Part shown: piece by piece, positions 38,720 through 52,391 of the stretch | How positions within the stretch are numbered: the first letter of the stretch is position 1 | Layout of the letters: every line of letters starts with the position of its first letter | DNA from: Pyrodictiaceae archaeon | GTDB taxonomy: Archaea; Thermoproteota; Thermoprotei_A; Sulfolobales; Pyrodictiaceae | Assembly (NCBI GenBank): GCA_027036135.1 | Contig: JALVSY010000016.1 | Location: 224,001-288,000 of the forward strand | Length of the DNA: 64,000 nt | Direction of reading: 5' to 3' | The notes under the pieces: model-generated | The model's input: only the letters and a program-made list of their open reading frames with translations | Told to the model about the DNA's origin: nothing | Database searches by the model: none | Program-made: the position numbers and the translations under genes

Positions 38720-38792
38720 AAACAATATAACCAGGACAACAAGACTACAACAACATACACGGCGGCCCGCCAACCAGCCATGGACTAGGACT

Positions 38793-38870
<78 letters not shown>

Positions 38871-39012
38871 CGCTTTGTCGCTTTTGACGTATTGGCGTTT
38901 GCTCGTTCCTGGCTCTCTACGCTCCACTGTTTCTGCTGCCGATCAAGCATTGAACCAGTAATGCAACTATTACTCATACTGCTGCAACCTTAAATTTCCA
39001 GCAGTTAAGACA

Positions 39013-39384
39013 TCACGGTGTGAGTGGGTGTAGCTCTATAGCGGCGGACGTAACTATTGCTAGAACATGCCTCCTTTCAAGCACTTCTAGGGCCTTTACT
39101 ATGTTTCTGGCGAGTTTCTCGACGTTATCCCTTTTTACCGGCTCAGCGACATAGATAAGCCCGTACCTTATCCTCCTCCTTAGGTTCGTTTCCAGGAAGT
39201 CACTGTCTCTCGTCAATACCGCTCTTCCATCACTGTTAGCCAGGTCTACCACTTCCCTATCGCTTATGCCTCGATAGCGGGTCTCGGGAATCCATACTAC
39301 GTCGAGCCCCATGCTCCTAAGGAGCCTTACGAGCGGCCAGGGTATATTCTCGTCAGCTAGAAGCTTCGGCTGCGACCACCTCAA
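39013..39384 (-). CDS. DUF5615 PIN-like toxin (VapC45 type)
   Basis: LLADENIP, GISDREV, VLTRDSDF. Confidence 0.9.
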   Translation of the reverse strand: MRWSQPKLLADENIPWPLVRLLRSMGLDVVWIPETRYRGISDREVVDLANSDGRAVLTRDSDFLETNLRRRIRYGLIYVAEPVKRDNVEKLARNIVKALEVLERRHVLAIVTSAAIELHPLTP

Positions 39385-39595
39385 CCTTCCTTAGGGTCTC
39401 CAGGGCATACCTTAGCGCCTCGTAAACAGCCTCCACGGGTATCCTGTAGTTCTCAGCAACCTCCTCAACACTCCAACCATTAGCCAGCGCCTCTAAGATA
39501 TCATCAACGGTTATACGGGTTCCCTTGACCGTGGGTCTCCCACCACGCCTACCCGGGACTATCTCGAGCCACCTATACCCTGGCAGCGTTACCAT
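39353..39595 (-). CDS. DUF433 antitoxin
   Basis: PGRRGGRPTVKGTRITV, EEVAENY, EALRYA. Confidence 0.92.
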   Translation of the reverse strand: MVTLPGYRWLEIVPGRRGGRPTVKGTRITVDDILEALANGWSVEEVAENYRIPVEAVYEALRYALETLRKVEVVAAEASS

Positions 39596-40105
39596 CTTCC
39601 AGGCACCTCCATGTCCTGCTCCAGCTAGGAAGGTAGTATATAGTATAGCGCTATATCCTTGTGTTTATGTGGTAGAAGACTCACTTATTTTTGCTTGCAC
39701 TTCTTTTCTTTATTCTGTTAATAATTCAGGTCCTCTACATTCTAGTCCCGGTTTTCGTGTGCAATAAGCGTTCTCTGTGATTACAATAACTCTACCCCTG
39801 GGCCCGTCTGCGGGGACGGGCACGCTCCTATATCAAGACTACATGTTGTACATTATTGGTCTGGGCAAGTGTAGAGCCGGCTCTCAGGCCTCAACGCCCC
39901 TCTCTACAACCCTCTGTAGGGCCTCACCAATACGGGGCCTCCAGGCACAGTAGCCTCGTGCCAACATGAGCAGCACCTCTACAGCTGACCACGAAGCCCT
40001 CTATTACAAGATTATTCGGGCAAGTCTTAGGGCAGGCTGAAGCACCAGCTATAATAATCTCAGCCGAACGTAACTAATAGTAAGGGAAGATTAATGTTTC
40101 TAAGC

Positions 40106-40417
40106 TTAGCGGGAATACTGGGTATAGGATACTGAAGTATATCGTTGAGAAGTATGCCGTAGGAAGGTTATTTGCTTATCAAGCCCTCTAAGCGTTTCCC
40201 TGACCCTTTCCGGCTTCTTCTTTAGCTCGTAGGCTCTCATACCCGTCAAGAGCTTGATGAGAACGAACAATACCTCTGAGAATACAACACTATTAATAAC
40301 GCTATTAATATAGCCTATTGTTTCGCCGCTAAGCACGGATTCTAAGACTCTTTTAGCTGCTAAGTCACCAGCATAGTATCTAATTATAACGTTGGAGTCA
40401 ATAAAGGCCGAACTCAT
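40106..40417 (-). pseudogene. Truncated VapC/PIN toxin
   Basis: FIDSNV and VFSEV motifs, a 12-nt duplication (INSV-INSV), C-terminal acidic PIN residues missing. Confidence 0.7.
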
Positions 40418-40599
40418 CCTCTGCCTCCCTTAAAGCCTTGTCGATCTTCTCCTTTTCCACCTTTATAGAGCCGAAAACTTCCTCAGCAATATCCTTGCCC
40501 AGTATCTTGATTATGACTACCTCCCCATCTCTTAACTCCTTTATTTTATTAAGAGGCTTGAAAACATCTCTCATACTTGGCCCGTATAATCATAGACAA
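40398..40599 (-). pseudogene. AF2212/DUF104-like antitoxin, frameshifted
   Basis: MIIRAKYER then a frame change to VFKPL...LRDGEVV...DEFGLY*, overlapping the PIN start. Confidence 0.75.
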
Positions 40600-40805
40600 T
40601 CCGCCTACCTCCCTACACCTAACTATCCTCAATTAATAGTTAAATAGCTTTCACCATGATGTTTAAGCCGAGCACTAACGCCAAGGCTACTACTTCGCTC
40701 CACCTCTACTATTCTTCGTCCCCTCTACAAAATTCTCAACAACATTTGAATCCTCACCGCAACTGGCCTAAGATTAATACTAATTTCATGGGAACAACAG
40801 TGCCT

Positions 40806-40861
40806 AAGTGCTGGCCTTCAAAGCCGATAGTCCAGGGCTCGAATCCCAGCGTGTCCTGCCA
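40806..40861 (+). repeat. Degenerate copy of the tRNA-Arg 3' half (att-like)
   Basis: About 40 of 55 positions match 38816-38870 by manual alignment; ends in GCCA. Confidence 0.7.
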
Positions 40862-41035
40862 TAGTAGTAATCTCTTTGATACCCATATCAATGTCCAATA
40901 TAATATTTATCGTTTCATTTTATTTAAACTTAAATATTTGACAAGCTTACGGGAAGTTGAGGCTTTGATTGCTGTATAACTAGTGATTCTTATATACTAG
41001 TAGCCACATCTTATCCTACATGGTGTGTCTACCTT

Positions 41036-41266
41036 ATGGGTAGGTATGTTACTGTCTCCGCTAAGGTTAGGAGAGAGCTTCTAGAGGAGGCTAGACGGCT
41101 GAACATCAACGTCTCCGAGCTTATAAGGAGGGCTCTCGAGGAAGAGGTACGACAACGTAAGTTGATAAAGCTAGAGGAGAGGCTAAGAAGGAAGCACAGC
41201 ATACTCGCCAAGATAGATGTAAATGAAATAGTGAGGCTAATCCGGGAAGATAGGGAAACAAGATGA
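41036..41266 (+). CDS. RHH antitoxin (CcdA/VapB-like)
   Basis: VTVSAKV..EL, INVSELIRRALEEEV, LIREDRE. Confidence 0.9.
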   Translation: MGRYVTVSAKVRRELLEEARRLNINVSELIRRALEEEVRQRKLIKLEERLRRKHSILAKIDVNEIVRLIREDRETR

Positions 41267-41667
41267 CGAGGCCTATGTATCTGTTTGATGCCTCAAGCGT
41301 TGTTAGAGCGTTCAAAGAAGCTAAACTAGTGCCATTGGGTGGTCAGGCATTACAATGGCTAACAGTGTACGAGGTTCTTAACGCTTTTTGGAAAGAGGCC
41401 TATCTGTTGCACAGGCTTGACCCGGAGGAGGCTAGCTCCCTAGTTAGCGACTTTGCAGAACTAATCCAGGAGATGCTCATACTCGAGCCTATGGGCCTCG
41501 AGGGAGACATTTTCCGGATAGCAGTTTCTAAGGGGATAACAGTTTATGACGCATCCTACATAGCCCTAGCCGCAAAGCATAATCTAATACTTGTGACAGA
41601 GGACCAAAAATTATCTCGTACTGCGAGCAGCATGGTCAAGGTAGTGAGTCTAAGCGATATTACATAG
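41263..41667 (+). CDS. VapC PIN toxin
   Basis: LFDASS, YEVLN, ITVYDASYIALA, LVTED; ATGA overlap with the antitoxin. Confidence 0.92.
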   Translation: MTRPMYLFDASSVVRAFKEAKLVPLGGQALQWLTVYEVLNAFWKEAYLLHRLDPEEASSLVSDFAELIQEMLILEPMGLEGDIFRIAVSKGITVYDASYIALAAKHNLILVTEDQKLSRTASSMVKVVSLSDIT

Positions 41668-42002
41668 GGTTGATAAATTTCCTTAACTAGGTCAGCACCG
41701 ATTAACACACTTATACTTTCTTTCACATTTCTCACGCTTATCGATACACCTATGTCTCTCGACCAAGCTGTTGAGACTCCTAGAAGATGTGTCGCTAAGC
41801 CCGTAAACCTGCAACAACTATGTAGCCGGGTGATACCAGGAGCCTCTGTAAGACAGCTATGGGGACGACCCCATGTACATCACCTGGGAACATCTTTAAT
41901 AATTCTCGTGAATTCTTATAGGCTCAACACTTATCCCATAGTTGGTGTAATAATTAGGGGCTTACCGGGTTGCTCTATAGTGGCTAGTTATTGTTTGCTC
42001 CA

Positions 42003-42470
42003 TTATTCCTTACCGCAATCGAGATACTTGATGAGTATTGCTGCTGGTTGGCCCCCGAATGGCTTATAGTCTTCTATTATCTCGTAGAGCCGGAATCCCC
42101 TGCTCTCATAGAACTTTAGTGTCCGTAGGTAGGGCTCGTAATCCATGCCCCCATACGTCTTGACTGTGAGGACTGGTTTCCTCCTATGGCACGCGTACTC
42201 AGCGGCTGCGTTGACGAGGAGCGTGCCTAGGCCCTTGCCCTGGAAGCCTTTCTCGACAGCTAGCCACGCTATCTCTAGGCAGCACTCCCTCTCCTCGAGT
42301 AGCACAAAGCCGCGGACAACACCATTGATCCTGGCCACGAAGCCGGGTAGGTGCCTCGCAGCACTCTCTACCTCTCTAACAGCGCCTGGGGTAAACCGCT
42401 CTGGGAGACCATGAACTATCTCAATAACTTTTTCGGCATTACTGCTGCTTAGCTTCTCGATGCACGCATG
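42003..42470 (-). CDS. GNAT acetyltransferase; 5' end possibly damaged
   Basis: LAV...QGKGLG, VKT, FYE.RGF. The frame stays open upstream of 42338 (IEKL...LPERF) without an in-frame start codon. Confidence 0.7.
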   Translation of the reverse strand, partial: HACIEKLSSSNAEKVIEIVHGLPERFTPGAVREVESAARHLPGFVARINGVVRGFVLLEERECCLEIAWLAVEKGFQGKGLGTLLVNAAAEYACHRRKPVLTVKTYGGMDYEPYLRTLKFYESRGFRLYEIIEDYKPFGGQPAAILIKYLDCGKE

Positions 42471-42573
42471 CTGCGTGGTCGCTTCGCCCTCGGCACTCCA
42501 AGCACTGGGACGTGAGCCAACCTTCTAGCTTGATTGCGTTTTTACTAACACTTATGGATGTAATGGATTAGGC

Positions 42574-43494
42574 TTAACTTGGATACTTCCCTACTATGTC
42601 TTTGATTTCTTTTTCTCTAGGAACGCTGTGTGATCCTAGCCTAGATACTTTGAGTGCTGCTACTAGTGAGGCGTATTGTAGTGCTTCGAGGAGATCGGTT
42701 CCTTGTGCTACTTTTAGCAAGGTTGCTGCTGCGAATGCGTCTCCGGCGCCGGTAGTGTCTACTACACGTGGTGCTGGGTACGGCTCTATGTGTTTTTGTC
42801 CCCTGGTTCCGTAGTAGAGTGCTCCTTTTTCGCCCATCTTGACTACTACGTGTCCTGGACCGTGTTTTGCTATCGTCTTGGCTGCTTCTAGTGGCTCTTT
42901 CCCGGTCATAGCTTTTGCCTCTACTTGGTTGAGGAATACTATGTCTACGTATCGGAGCAATGGGCTTAGCTTCACTAGGCCTAGCTGGGCTAGCCTCCTA
43001 CCAGGGTCCCATGATACTATTGCGTTGCTCTGTTTTGCTAGCTGTGCTGCCTTTATGGAGGTGTCCAGTCTTAGGCTTGCTATATGTACCGTCTTGGCGT
43101 CGCTTATTAGATCCGCATCTACCTCGCCTGGTTCCAGGTCATCAGCTACCCCTTTGTGGCCGTAAATGGTTATATCCCCGCTCCGCGTGATGACTACTAT
43201 GCTGAAGCCCGTCTTGCCCTGGGCGCTTATTCTTAGCCCGCGTAGGTCTACTTTGTTCCTCCATAGCTCCTCGTATACTATTCGGCCAAACTGGTCAAAG
43301 CCTATTTTTGCCACGATGCCGCTGCTCCCGCCGAGCCTCGCCACGTCTATCGCTACGTTGACTGCTGAGCCTCCTGCTCCTCGATTTTCCTCTTTTATCT
43401 CTGCCTCCTCGTCTGGCCCTGGGAACTTGTCAACAATTATTCTTATATCGACAAGGGCATGGCCGACAGCCACTACGTCTAGTTGTTTATTCAT
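42574..43494 (-). CDS. PfkB-family sugar kinase, probable ATP-dependent phosphofructokinase
   Basis: GGSAVN, DPG, N..E, DTTGAGDAF; overlaps the aldolase gene. Confidence 0.85.
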   Translation of the reverse strand: MNKQLDVVAVGHALVDIRIIVDKFPGPDEEAEIKEENRGAGGSAVNVAIDVARLGGSSGIVAKIGFDQFGRIVYEELWRNKVDLRGLRISAQGKTGFSIVVITRSGDITIYGHKGVADDLEPGEVDADLISDAKTVHIASLRLDTSIKAAQLAKQSNAIVSWDPGRRLAQLGLVKLSPLLRYVDIVFLNQVEAKAMTGKEPLEAAKTIAKHGPGHVVVKMGEKGALYYGTRGQKHIEPYPAPRVVDTTGAGDAFAAATLLKVAQGTDLLEALQYASLVAALKVSRLGSHSVPREKEIKDIVGKYPS

Positions 43495-44309
43495 TTGAGT
43501 CCCTCCGCTGCCTCCTCGGGGCTCATTTCGCCCACTAGTACTGTTTTACACGCTTTTGCCATTGCCTCGATGTCTTTGGCTTGGAAGATGTTCCTCCCAA
43601 CTACTGCTCCCGCTGCTCCCGCGTCCCTGACTGCCTTGAGGTCTCGGAGGAACTCTAGGGGCTTGTCTCTCTTTGGGCCACCACTCATCATTACTGGTAC
43701 TCCGGCAGCTGCTTCAACGACTTTGGCGAAGGACTCCTTGCTACCAGTATAGTATGTCTTTATTAGGTCTGCTCCGACCTGTACAGCGGCCCTTACCCCA
43801 TAGAGCACGATCTCGGGGGCATAGCGATTGCTTATCGTGGGGCCACGTGGATAGGCTAGCTGGAGCACTGGCAGGCCATATGCCTCGGCTGCCTCTCTTA
43901 TAGCAACCCAGCGCCTAAGCATCATATCCTCCATGGGGCTTCCCCAGTAAATTGTTGCCGCGACAGCGTCTGCGCCAAGCCTTACAGCATCCTCTACAGT
44001 ACCTATGACGCTCTGCAACAATCTCTCATCGGGCGGGCGGAGATTAGTCTTGCTAGTGATCTTGACTATAAGCGATGTCCTACCGGTCCAGATGTCGGCA
44101 AATAGTTTGGCATCGCCAGGTGTAAGCATGACGGCGTCAACACCAGCGCTGATTACTCTCTCCAAGATAGTTCTCGGGTTAAGCCTATCCTCGGGAAAAT
44201 CGCTTGGGCCGTGCTCGAACCAGTGATCAAAAGCGAAGATTAATGTACCTCTAGGATCTATTATTCTCTCAAGGCGTGCTTTCTTCCCGACAGAGGAATA
44301 AGATACCAT
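43491..44309 (-). CDS. fba: Archaeal class I fructose-bisphosphate aldolase (DhnA type)
   Basis: AFDH..EHGP, YPRG, GADLIKTYY, SGG, VGRNIFQ. Confidence 0.93.
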   Translation of the reverse strand: MVSYSSVGKKARLERIIDPRGTLIFAFDHWFEHGPSDFPEDRLNPRTILERVISAGVDAVMLTPGDAKLFADIWTGRTSLIVKITSKTNLRPPDERLLQSVIGTVEDAVRLGADAVAATIYWGSPMEDMMLRRWVAIREAAEAYGLPVLQLAYPRGPTISNRYAPEIVLYGVRAAVQVGADLIKTYYTGSKESFAKVVEAAAGVPVMMSGGPKRDKPLEFLRDLKAVRDAGAAGAVVGRNIFQAKDIEAMAKACKTVLVGEMSPEEAAEGLK

Positions 44310-44396
44310 GCTGCACCTACCTAGCTTAAAATGTTAGGCTTACCATACACCTATATTATTTATCTCACAATTCAAATTCAATTACTAAGAGGCTGC

Positions 44397-45266
44397 CTAG
44401 CGCATTGCTAGCCACCAATTACACCCAATATACATGATTATAGAGCCAATCCCTATTAGAAAGATCCCGGCCACGACAGGCAACGTTAATACCGCCGCTA
44501 CCGGGTCCTTGCGGGCAATCAGCTTATAAGTCGTCGCCAACGCTACTCCTATGCCCCCAATAACATAGTACGCCGCGAGTGCCTCCCACTTAGGGCCCCA
44601 GCTATCGGGTCTCCAATGTGACGTGAAATGCGTAGGCACCCTATTAGGTATGAAGGGATAGATAATTATTCCTAGCAGAATATAAGCTATCGAGGCTACA
44701 AGGAGCATTTGCGCAATTGTATTCGAGATACTGGTTCTAAAGCCCGGTTTACTTTGCTTATCTGTAGGTGCTCGTGCTAGAAGGACTATATCCTTTAGCT
44801 TAGAGGGTGCGTCACCGCCCACGTAGATAACGCTCCCATCTACGAGTCTCAGCTCAACAAGGTTATCAAGTCTCTCAGAGAATATGTAGGCCCGTCCAAC
44901 ATCTTTGACTTCATAATACCCGGAATAGAACACACCGGGTACGGCTGTTCCTCCAAGCCTAATCACCGGCCGTGCCTTATCGACAATTCTTGCCCCAACA
45001 ATATTCTCTAAAGGTACATCTATGCTGCCGCAAATTCCTAAACCTATTCGCACAACATTCCTCTTAACACTAACCCTTACAGTGCAAAGCTTGTCGAGAA
45101 ACGCCAAGAAAACAAAGAGCCCCATGACCAGCGCCATGCCTAAAAGCATGAATAACGCCGCAGGACGACATGGTGGGGCAAAACCACTATATCCTAGGAA
45201 AATAGTCACAACCATCACTATCAGTATCATTAAGATTCTGCCCACAAGCCTAGTATACGACACCAA
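44397..45266 (-). CDS. Membrane protein with a bacterial PH-like domain and DUF1648
   Basis: IRLGGTAVPG..SG.Y; P..VPTHF....PD.WG. Confidence 0.75.
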   Translation of the reverse strand: MVSYTRLVGRILMILIVMVVTIFLGYSGFAPPCRPAALFMLLGMALVMGLFVFLAFLDKLCTVRVSVKRNVVRIGLGICGSIDVPLENIVGARIVDKARPVIRLGGTAVPGVFYSGYYEVKDVGRAYIFSERLDNLVELRLVDGSVIYVGGDAPSKLKDIVLLARAPTDKQSKPGFRTSISNTIAQMLLVASIAYILLGIIIYPFIPNRVPTHFTSHWRPDSWGPKWEALAAYYVIGGIGVALATTYKLIARKDPVAAVLTLPVVAGIFLIGIGSIIMYIGCNWWLAMR

Positions 45267-45385
45267 TACTCACAGCCTCACTATTAACAAGATTATAATA
45301 GGTATATAATAATCCTATATAGTAGCTGGCAAGATCGCAAGCTATGAGCCTGCTAGGTGGTGGACAAGGAGCCTAGGCGACGCGT

Positions 45386-45919
45386 ATGGACATCGTCTAT
45401 ACAGTTGGGCACTCCAATAGGAGCCTCCAGGAGCTACTTGGCCTTCTTAAGCGTAAAGGAATAGAGCTTGTCATAGATATTCGCCGGTTCCCGGGTAGCC
45501 GTAAGTTTCCATGGTTTAATAGGAAGAATCTAGAACATGAGCTAGGCCGTATTGGGGCAGAGTACCTGTGGCTCGGTGATAGGCTTGGTGGTTTCCGCCG
45601 CTTCGGTGTCGATGTTGAGGACACTGATGGTGCGACTTGTTTTACTTCGCCGGGTTTCCGTGCGTACGCGTTATACGTGACAACTAATCCCTATGCGTGG
45701 GAGGCTGTGCTCCGCGTAGAGGAGCTAGCTAGGAGCAAGAGGGTTGCCTTGTTGTGTCGTGAGAGGCTTCCTTGGCGTTGTCACCGCAAGATATTGTCCG
45801 ATATTCTCGTGCTTCACGGATTCACGGTCTACCATATAATTGATGAGAATAGAGTTATTAGGCACAAGCCTGCTAAATGCGCTAAGCTCTTACCAGATGG
45901 CCATGTTTTCTATACTTAG
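45386..45919 (+). CDS. DUF488 family protein
   Basis: YTVGHS, DIRRFP, LGG.R, LLCRE....CHR. Confidence 0.9.
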   Translation: MDIVYTVGHSNRSLQELLGLLKRKGIELVIDIRRFPGSRKFPWFNRKNLEHELGRIGAEYLWLGDRLGGFRRFGVDVEDTDGATCFTSPGFRAYALYVTTNPYAWEAVLRVEELARSKRVALLCRERLPWRCHRKILSDILVLHGFTVYHIIDENRVIRHKPAKCAKLLPDGHVFYT

Positions 45920-45924
45920 CCTAC

Positions 45925-46923
45925 TTATTTTCTTATTTTCTCTAGGCTTTTGGCTGGCTTCTCCGGGCTACTATGTATAGCTCCTAGATAGAGTTCTCGT
46001 AGCCTTGCAGTGATGCTTGGGCTTAGTCGTGGGAGCCTCAGGGAGTTGATGTATTCTCTTAGCCTTGACTTGTCCTTAGCTATGATTATTACTGTGTCTA
46101 TGGGAGCACTGTCTAGCGCGAATCTTATAGCTATTTGCCCCGGGGTTCCAGGCAGCGTTGCTATGATTTTCTTCATCTCGTTGTAGAGCTGGAAGGCCCA
46201 GCTATACCACCCACGCCTCCTCAATACGCGGTGATCTCGTAGCTTCTTCTCCTCGCCAGGCCTTATGCTCTCATCTAGTACCCCTCCTGCATGAGGTACC
46301 CTGGCTATCGTCCCTACTTTCTTCTCAGCAGCGAGCCGGGCTATTGTGAAGCCAGGCTCTTGTTCAAGCATGTTGTACACGAATTGTAGTGCCTGTGTCT
46401 CCTCGTGGCTTAGGGCTTCTATTGCGTGCTCAAGTACATCTGTCTCTGGGCCAAGCGCTACACCGATGGCCTTGGCGTAGCCCTCGTCGTGTATCCTCTC
46501 AAGGGTTCTCCAGAGAGCCCTGCTTCTCAGAACCTCCAATGGAGGATTATGCACCTGGACAAGATCTATTGGCTTCTTGCAGAGCCTCTCACTGCTCCTC
46601 TCCACAGCGCTTATCAAGTACTCAGGGTCGTATCGCCGCGGCGGAGGAGCCTCCCCGCTATAGAAGTCATACCCTATCTTGGTCGCAACGATTATTCTCT
46701 TGACACCTTTCTCGCCGAAAGCCTTGCATAATAGCTCTTCTCCGTAGCCATTGCCGTACACATCCGCTGTATCATAGAAGTTTACTCCAAGGCTCTCGGC
46801 GTAGCGAAGCAGCTCTATAGCCTCCTCCTCACCCACATCGCCATAGAGACCGGTGAGACTGTATACTCCAAACCCTATCCTTGACACGCGCAGACCCGTA
46901 CGTCCCAGGACCCTATACTCCAT
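45925..46923 (-). CDS. Aldo/keto reductase
   Basis: LGRTGL.VS.IG, DTADVYG, ATK, DL.Q.H, YNML. Confidence 0.92.
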   Translation of the reverse strand: MEYRVLGRTGLRVSRIGFGVYSLTGLYGDVGEEEAIELLRYAESLGVNFYDTADVYGNGYGEELLCKAFGEKGVKRIIVATKIGYDFYSGEAPPPRRYDPEYLISAVERSSERLCKKPIDLVQVHNPPLEVLRSRALWRTLERIHDEGYAKAIGVALGPETDVLEHAIEALSHEETQALQFVYNMLEQEPGFTIARLAAEKKVGTIARVPHAGGVLDESIRPGEEKKLRDHRVLRRRGWYSWAFQLYNEMKKIIATLPGTPGQIAIRFALDSAPIDTVIIIAKDKSRLREYINSLRLPRLSPSITARLRELYLGAIHSSPEKPAKSLEKIRK

Positions 46924-47033
46924 GCGCCCGGGTCACCCTCGGCTCAACGACATAGAAGCTGGGACCAAGACGCTACGAAGGAGTAAAGAAGCATTAACTA
47001 ATGACGAGAAAAGAAAGGCAGTATGGGCTTGTT

Positions 47034-49890
<2,857 letters not shown>

Positions 49891-50071
49891 TGTCTCCTCT
49901 CGTTAGAGGCTCTCTTACCATGTTTTCACGTGTTAAAAGAACCCACCTTATATCTTTAACGAGTGTTTACATTAGGCTATGGCAGATACGGGGATACCAC
50001 ACAATTACAAAGAACATTAAAACAAGAATTAAGAGGTTAGAAGAAGAACGATCTATTGGAAAAAGTTAAGG

Positions 50072-50686
50072 CTACTGAAATGTTACCTTTCTGTTCTTTA
50101 GGCTGCGGTTCAGTAGATCCGCGTGCTCCAGTGTTACTTGGTACTCTGCTAGCTTCTCTAGCTTGGTCTCGCCGTTCTCTATCTTTACCTTATTCACGTA
50201 TACCTTGCCTTCATCGAAGCCTACTGTGTAGACGTATAGGTCTTTGCTGCTTAGGTATTTCTTTACCTCCTCGTCCTTTAGTGCCTCTGCTACGCCACCA
50301 GCAGCAAATATTCTTACGTGGAACACTATTGTTCCTGGAATGTTCTCTTTAGCTGCCGCTTTGAGTAACTTGACGAAGCTCTCCTTTACTTTCTCTATTG
50401 GGTCCTCGCCACCGAACTGAAGTAGTACTACTTGTGCTCCGAACTCCTTTACGCGCTTAGCTACCTCTTCCTCGTTCTTGCCTAGCTCTACCATGAAGTG
50501 ATATGTCACGCCACCGCCATGATCTAGGAATGCCGCCTCTGTTGCCGTTGCTATACTGCTGCATATTATGTTCTTAGGAGCTACTACTGCTAGTTTGTTC
50601 ACTCCTAGGTCTGCTAGAGCTTTGCCCACCAGCCTACCAGTTAGGGCTCTTAGGTAGATTTCTTCCTCGAACGTGGTTAGAGCCAC
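50072..50686 (-). CDS. Hypothetical protein, probably highly expressed
   Basis: GGTGAG RBS, codon choices like the window's abundant-protein genes, no recognised motif. Confidence 0.75.
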   Translation of the reverse strand: MALTTFEEEIYLRALTGRLVGKALADLGVNKLAVVAPKNIICSSIATATEAAFLDHGGGVTYHFMVELGKNEEEVAKRVKEFGAQVVLLQFGGEDPIEKVKESFVKLLKAAAKENIPGTIVFHVRIFAAGGVAEALKDEEVKKYLSSKDLYVYTVGFDEGKVYVNKVKIENGETKLEKLAEYQVTLEHADLLNRSLKNRKVTFQ

Positions 50687-50929
50687 AGTTTCTCACCGTA
50701 CCCGATACGGTTTCGGAACACTATTTATTTTCAACGCCAGTTAATATAAACACCTGTTACAAACAAGTATGGAACATAACAAGAATATTACTTATTAATT
50801 TCTAGAACAAAGAATGAGAATAGAATACAAAAGATAGTTGCTTATAAATTCATAGAGAATAGTTATAGAAAAAATAATAATTACTAATCATTGACAAGAT
50901 AAAAATACAAAACGCTAAAAGATAAAGTT

Positions 50930-52300
50930 CTAATATTGTTTCTCTTCTGCTGTAATTGCTTGCTTCGCTTTTGTTGCGGTAGGCCATAATAATACGTAGA
51001 TAACAAAGTACGCTGCCGCTGCTAACAAGAATGCTAGAAACGCTATTGTTAACGCTTTCACAGGCGTTATTACGGCTAATTGATTCACCGGGCTCATTAC
51101 TGAACTCGCTTGCGGGAATAACTTAGCTATACCCATAGCCTTCAATATATGATAAGTAGTTGGCGTTGTATCTAAGAGAACTACTGAGTTTATTGTACTA
51201 ACAATTGTAGGAAGATACTGCTTCGGTATATGTATACCGTAGCTCGCTAGCTTATTTAGAGCTATATGACCCGTTAATATGTCAGGCCACGCTGCCACGA
51301 AGAAGGGATACTGACTAAACGCGTTAAGGAGTTCTCCAGCAGCTATAGTAGCTATACCAATTATTCCGCCGAATAATAGTACTTTTGCATGCCTCTTTGT
51401 TAATCTATTGCCAAGAAGAGCTGGGAGCGAATAAGCTAGGGCAAATATTTGGATCGCTACAAATACCATCTTTAATACAAAGAGCCATGATACATTGTAG
51501 TAGGCTTTACCTCCATCAACACTCCAGCCAAGAGGAGCAAATATATTATTAAACTTATAAGGGATATTCTCTAAGCTTATAGTATACCAGATCCCCAAAG
51601 GAATCATCAAGCCTAATCCTATTGCTGCAGGCTTAGCTAACATTTTTGCAACTTTTAAGGCTCCGCGTTTTTCTTCATCGTCCCCTGATAGGAAGTACTT
51701 ATAGACCATTGCACCTATTACTACAAGCGATGTTACAGTGAAAGCACCTACTATGCTCTTAAGATATAACGGCCAAAATGTAGGATTCTTAGTAATAGCA
51801 TCTACAACATTTAGATAGAACTTATGATGCACCGGATCATAGCCAAGCCCTGCTGGTATATTTAAGAATGCGAATACCGCTCTGAAGCCAAACGGTATTA
51901 GTAATGCCGATATACCTAGCAAGAACCCTATGAAATAATGTGCCTTCCTACTCCAGCGGTCCCATCCGTACCAAAACGCTGATATACTAAAGAAGTGCAG
52001 CACTATCATTAGTATAGCTATACCGAACGGTATCAATGTTATACTGCCAGCAAATCTAAGAAAGTGTGGATAAAAACTTAGTAGGAATACTGTAAATGCC
52101 GTCGCAAATACTCCTCCAACACCATAAGTTGCAGCATAGAATCGCATAAGAGACTTAGCAGGTTTCTCTAGCTCTTTTTCGCCTCTATCGGCTCTCCACT
52201 TAATATATGGTATTAGCCAAGCTAACCCCATTCCTAGATTAACCATAGTTATATGTATGGTAAATACTAGTGCAAGCATTATTGGTGCATAGCCCACCAT
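50930..52300 (-). CDS. Cytochrome bd oxidase CydA' (second CydA-like subunit)
   Basis: FTIHI..VNL..G, WYGWDR, GELLN..SQYP homologous to CydA but with degenerate ligands; RBS GAGGAG before the ATG at 52300. Confidence 0.8.
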   Translation of the reverse strand: MVGYAPIMLALVFTIHITMVNLGMGLAWLIPYIKWRADRGEKELEKPAKSLMRFYAATYGVGGVFATAFTVFLLSFYPHFLRFAGSITLIPFGIAILMIVLHFFSISAFWYGWDRWSRKAHYFIGFLLGISALLIPFGFRAVFAFLNIPAGLGYDPVHHKFYLNVVDAITKNPTFWPLYLKSIVGAFTVTSLVVIGAMVYKYFLSGDDEEKRGALKVAKMLAKPAAIGLGLMIPLGIWYTISLENIPYKFNNIFAPLGWSVDGGKAYYNVSWLFVLKMVFVAIQIFALAYSLPALLGNRLTKRHAKVLLFGGIIGIATIAAGELLNAFSQYPFFVAAWPDILTGHIALNKLASYGIHIPKQYLPTIVSTINSVVLLDTTPTTYHILKAMGIAKLFPQASSVMSPVNQLAVITPVKALTIAFLAFLLAAAAYFVIYVLLWPTATKAKQAITAEEKQY

Positions 52301-52391
52301 TATCTCCTCACCATTTTTGAGCAAGTTATCTATGTCATACATGGTACATAATTATAAAATATTTAGATAAATAATATAAGTTAATTAAAAA

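Larger units (their letters stand above)
38871..40861. mobile_element. Decayed tRNA-integrated islet carrying TA modules
   Basis: Bounded by tRNA-Arg and a degenerate direct repeat of its 3' half; contains intact and broken TA genes; no integrase. Confidence 0.5.

Noticed and set aside
40656-40979. 107-aa ORF
   Set aside because: It reads through the tRNA remnant and AT-rich promoter DNA; composition is not protein-like
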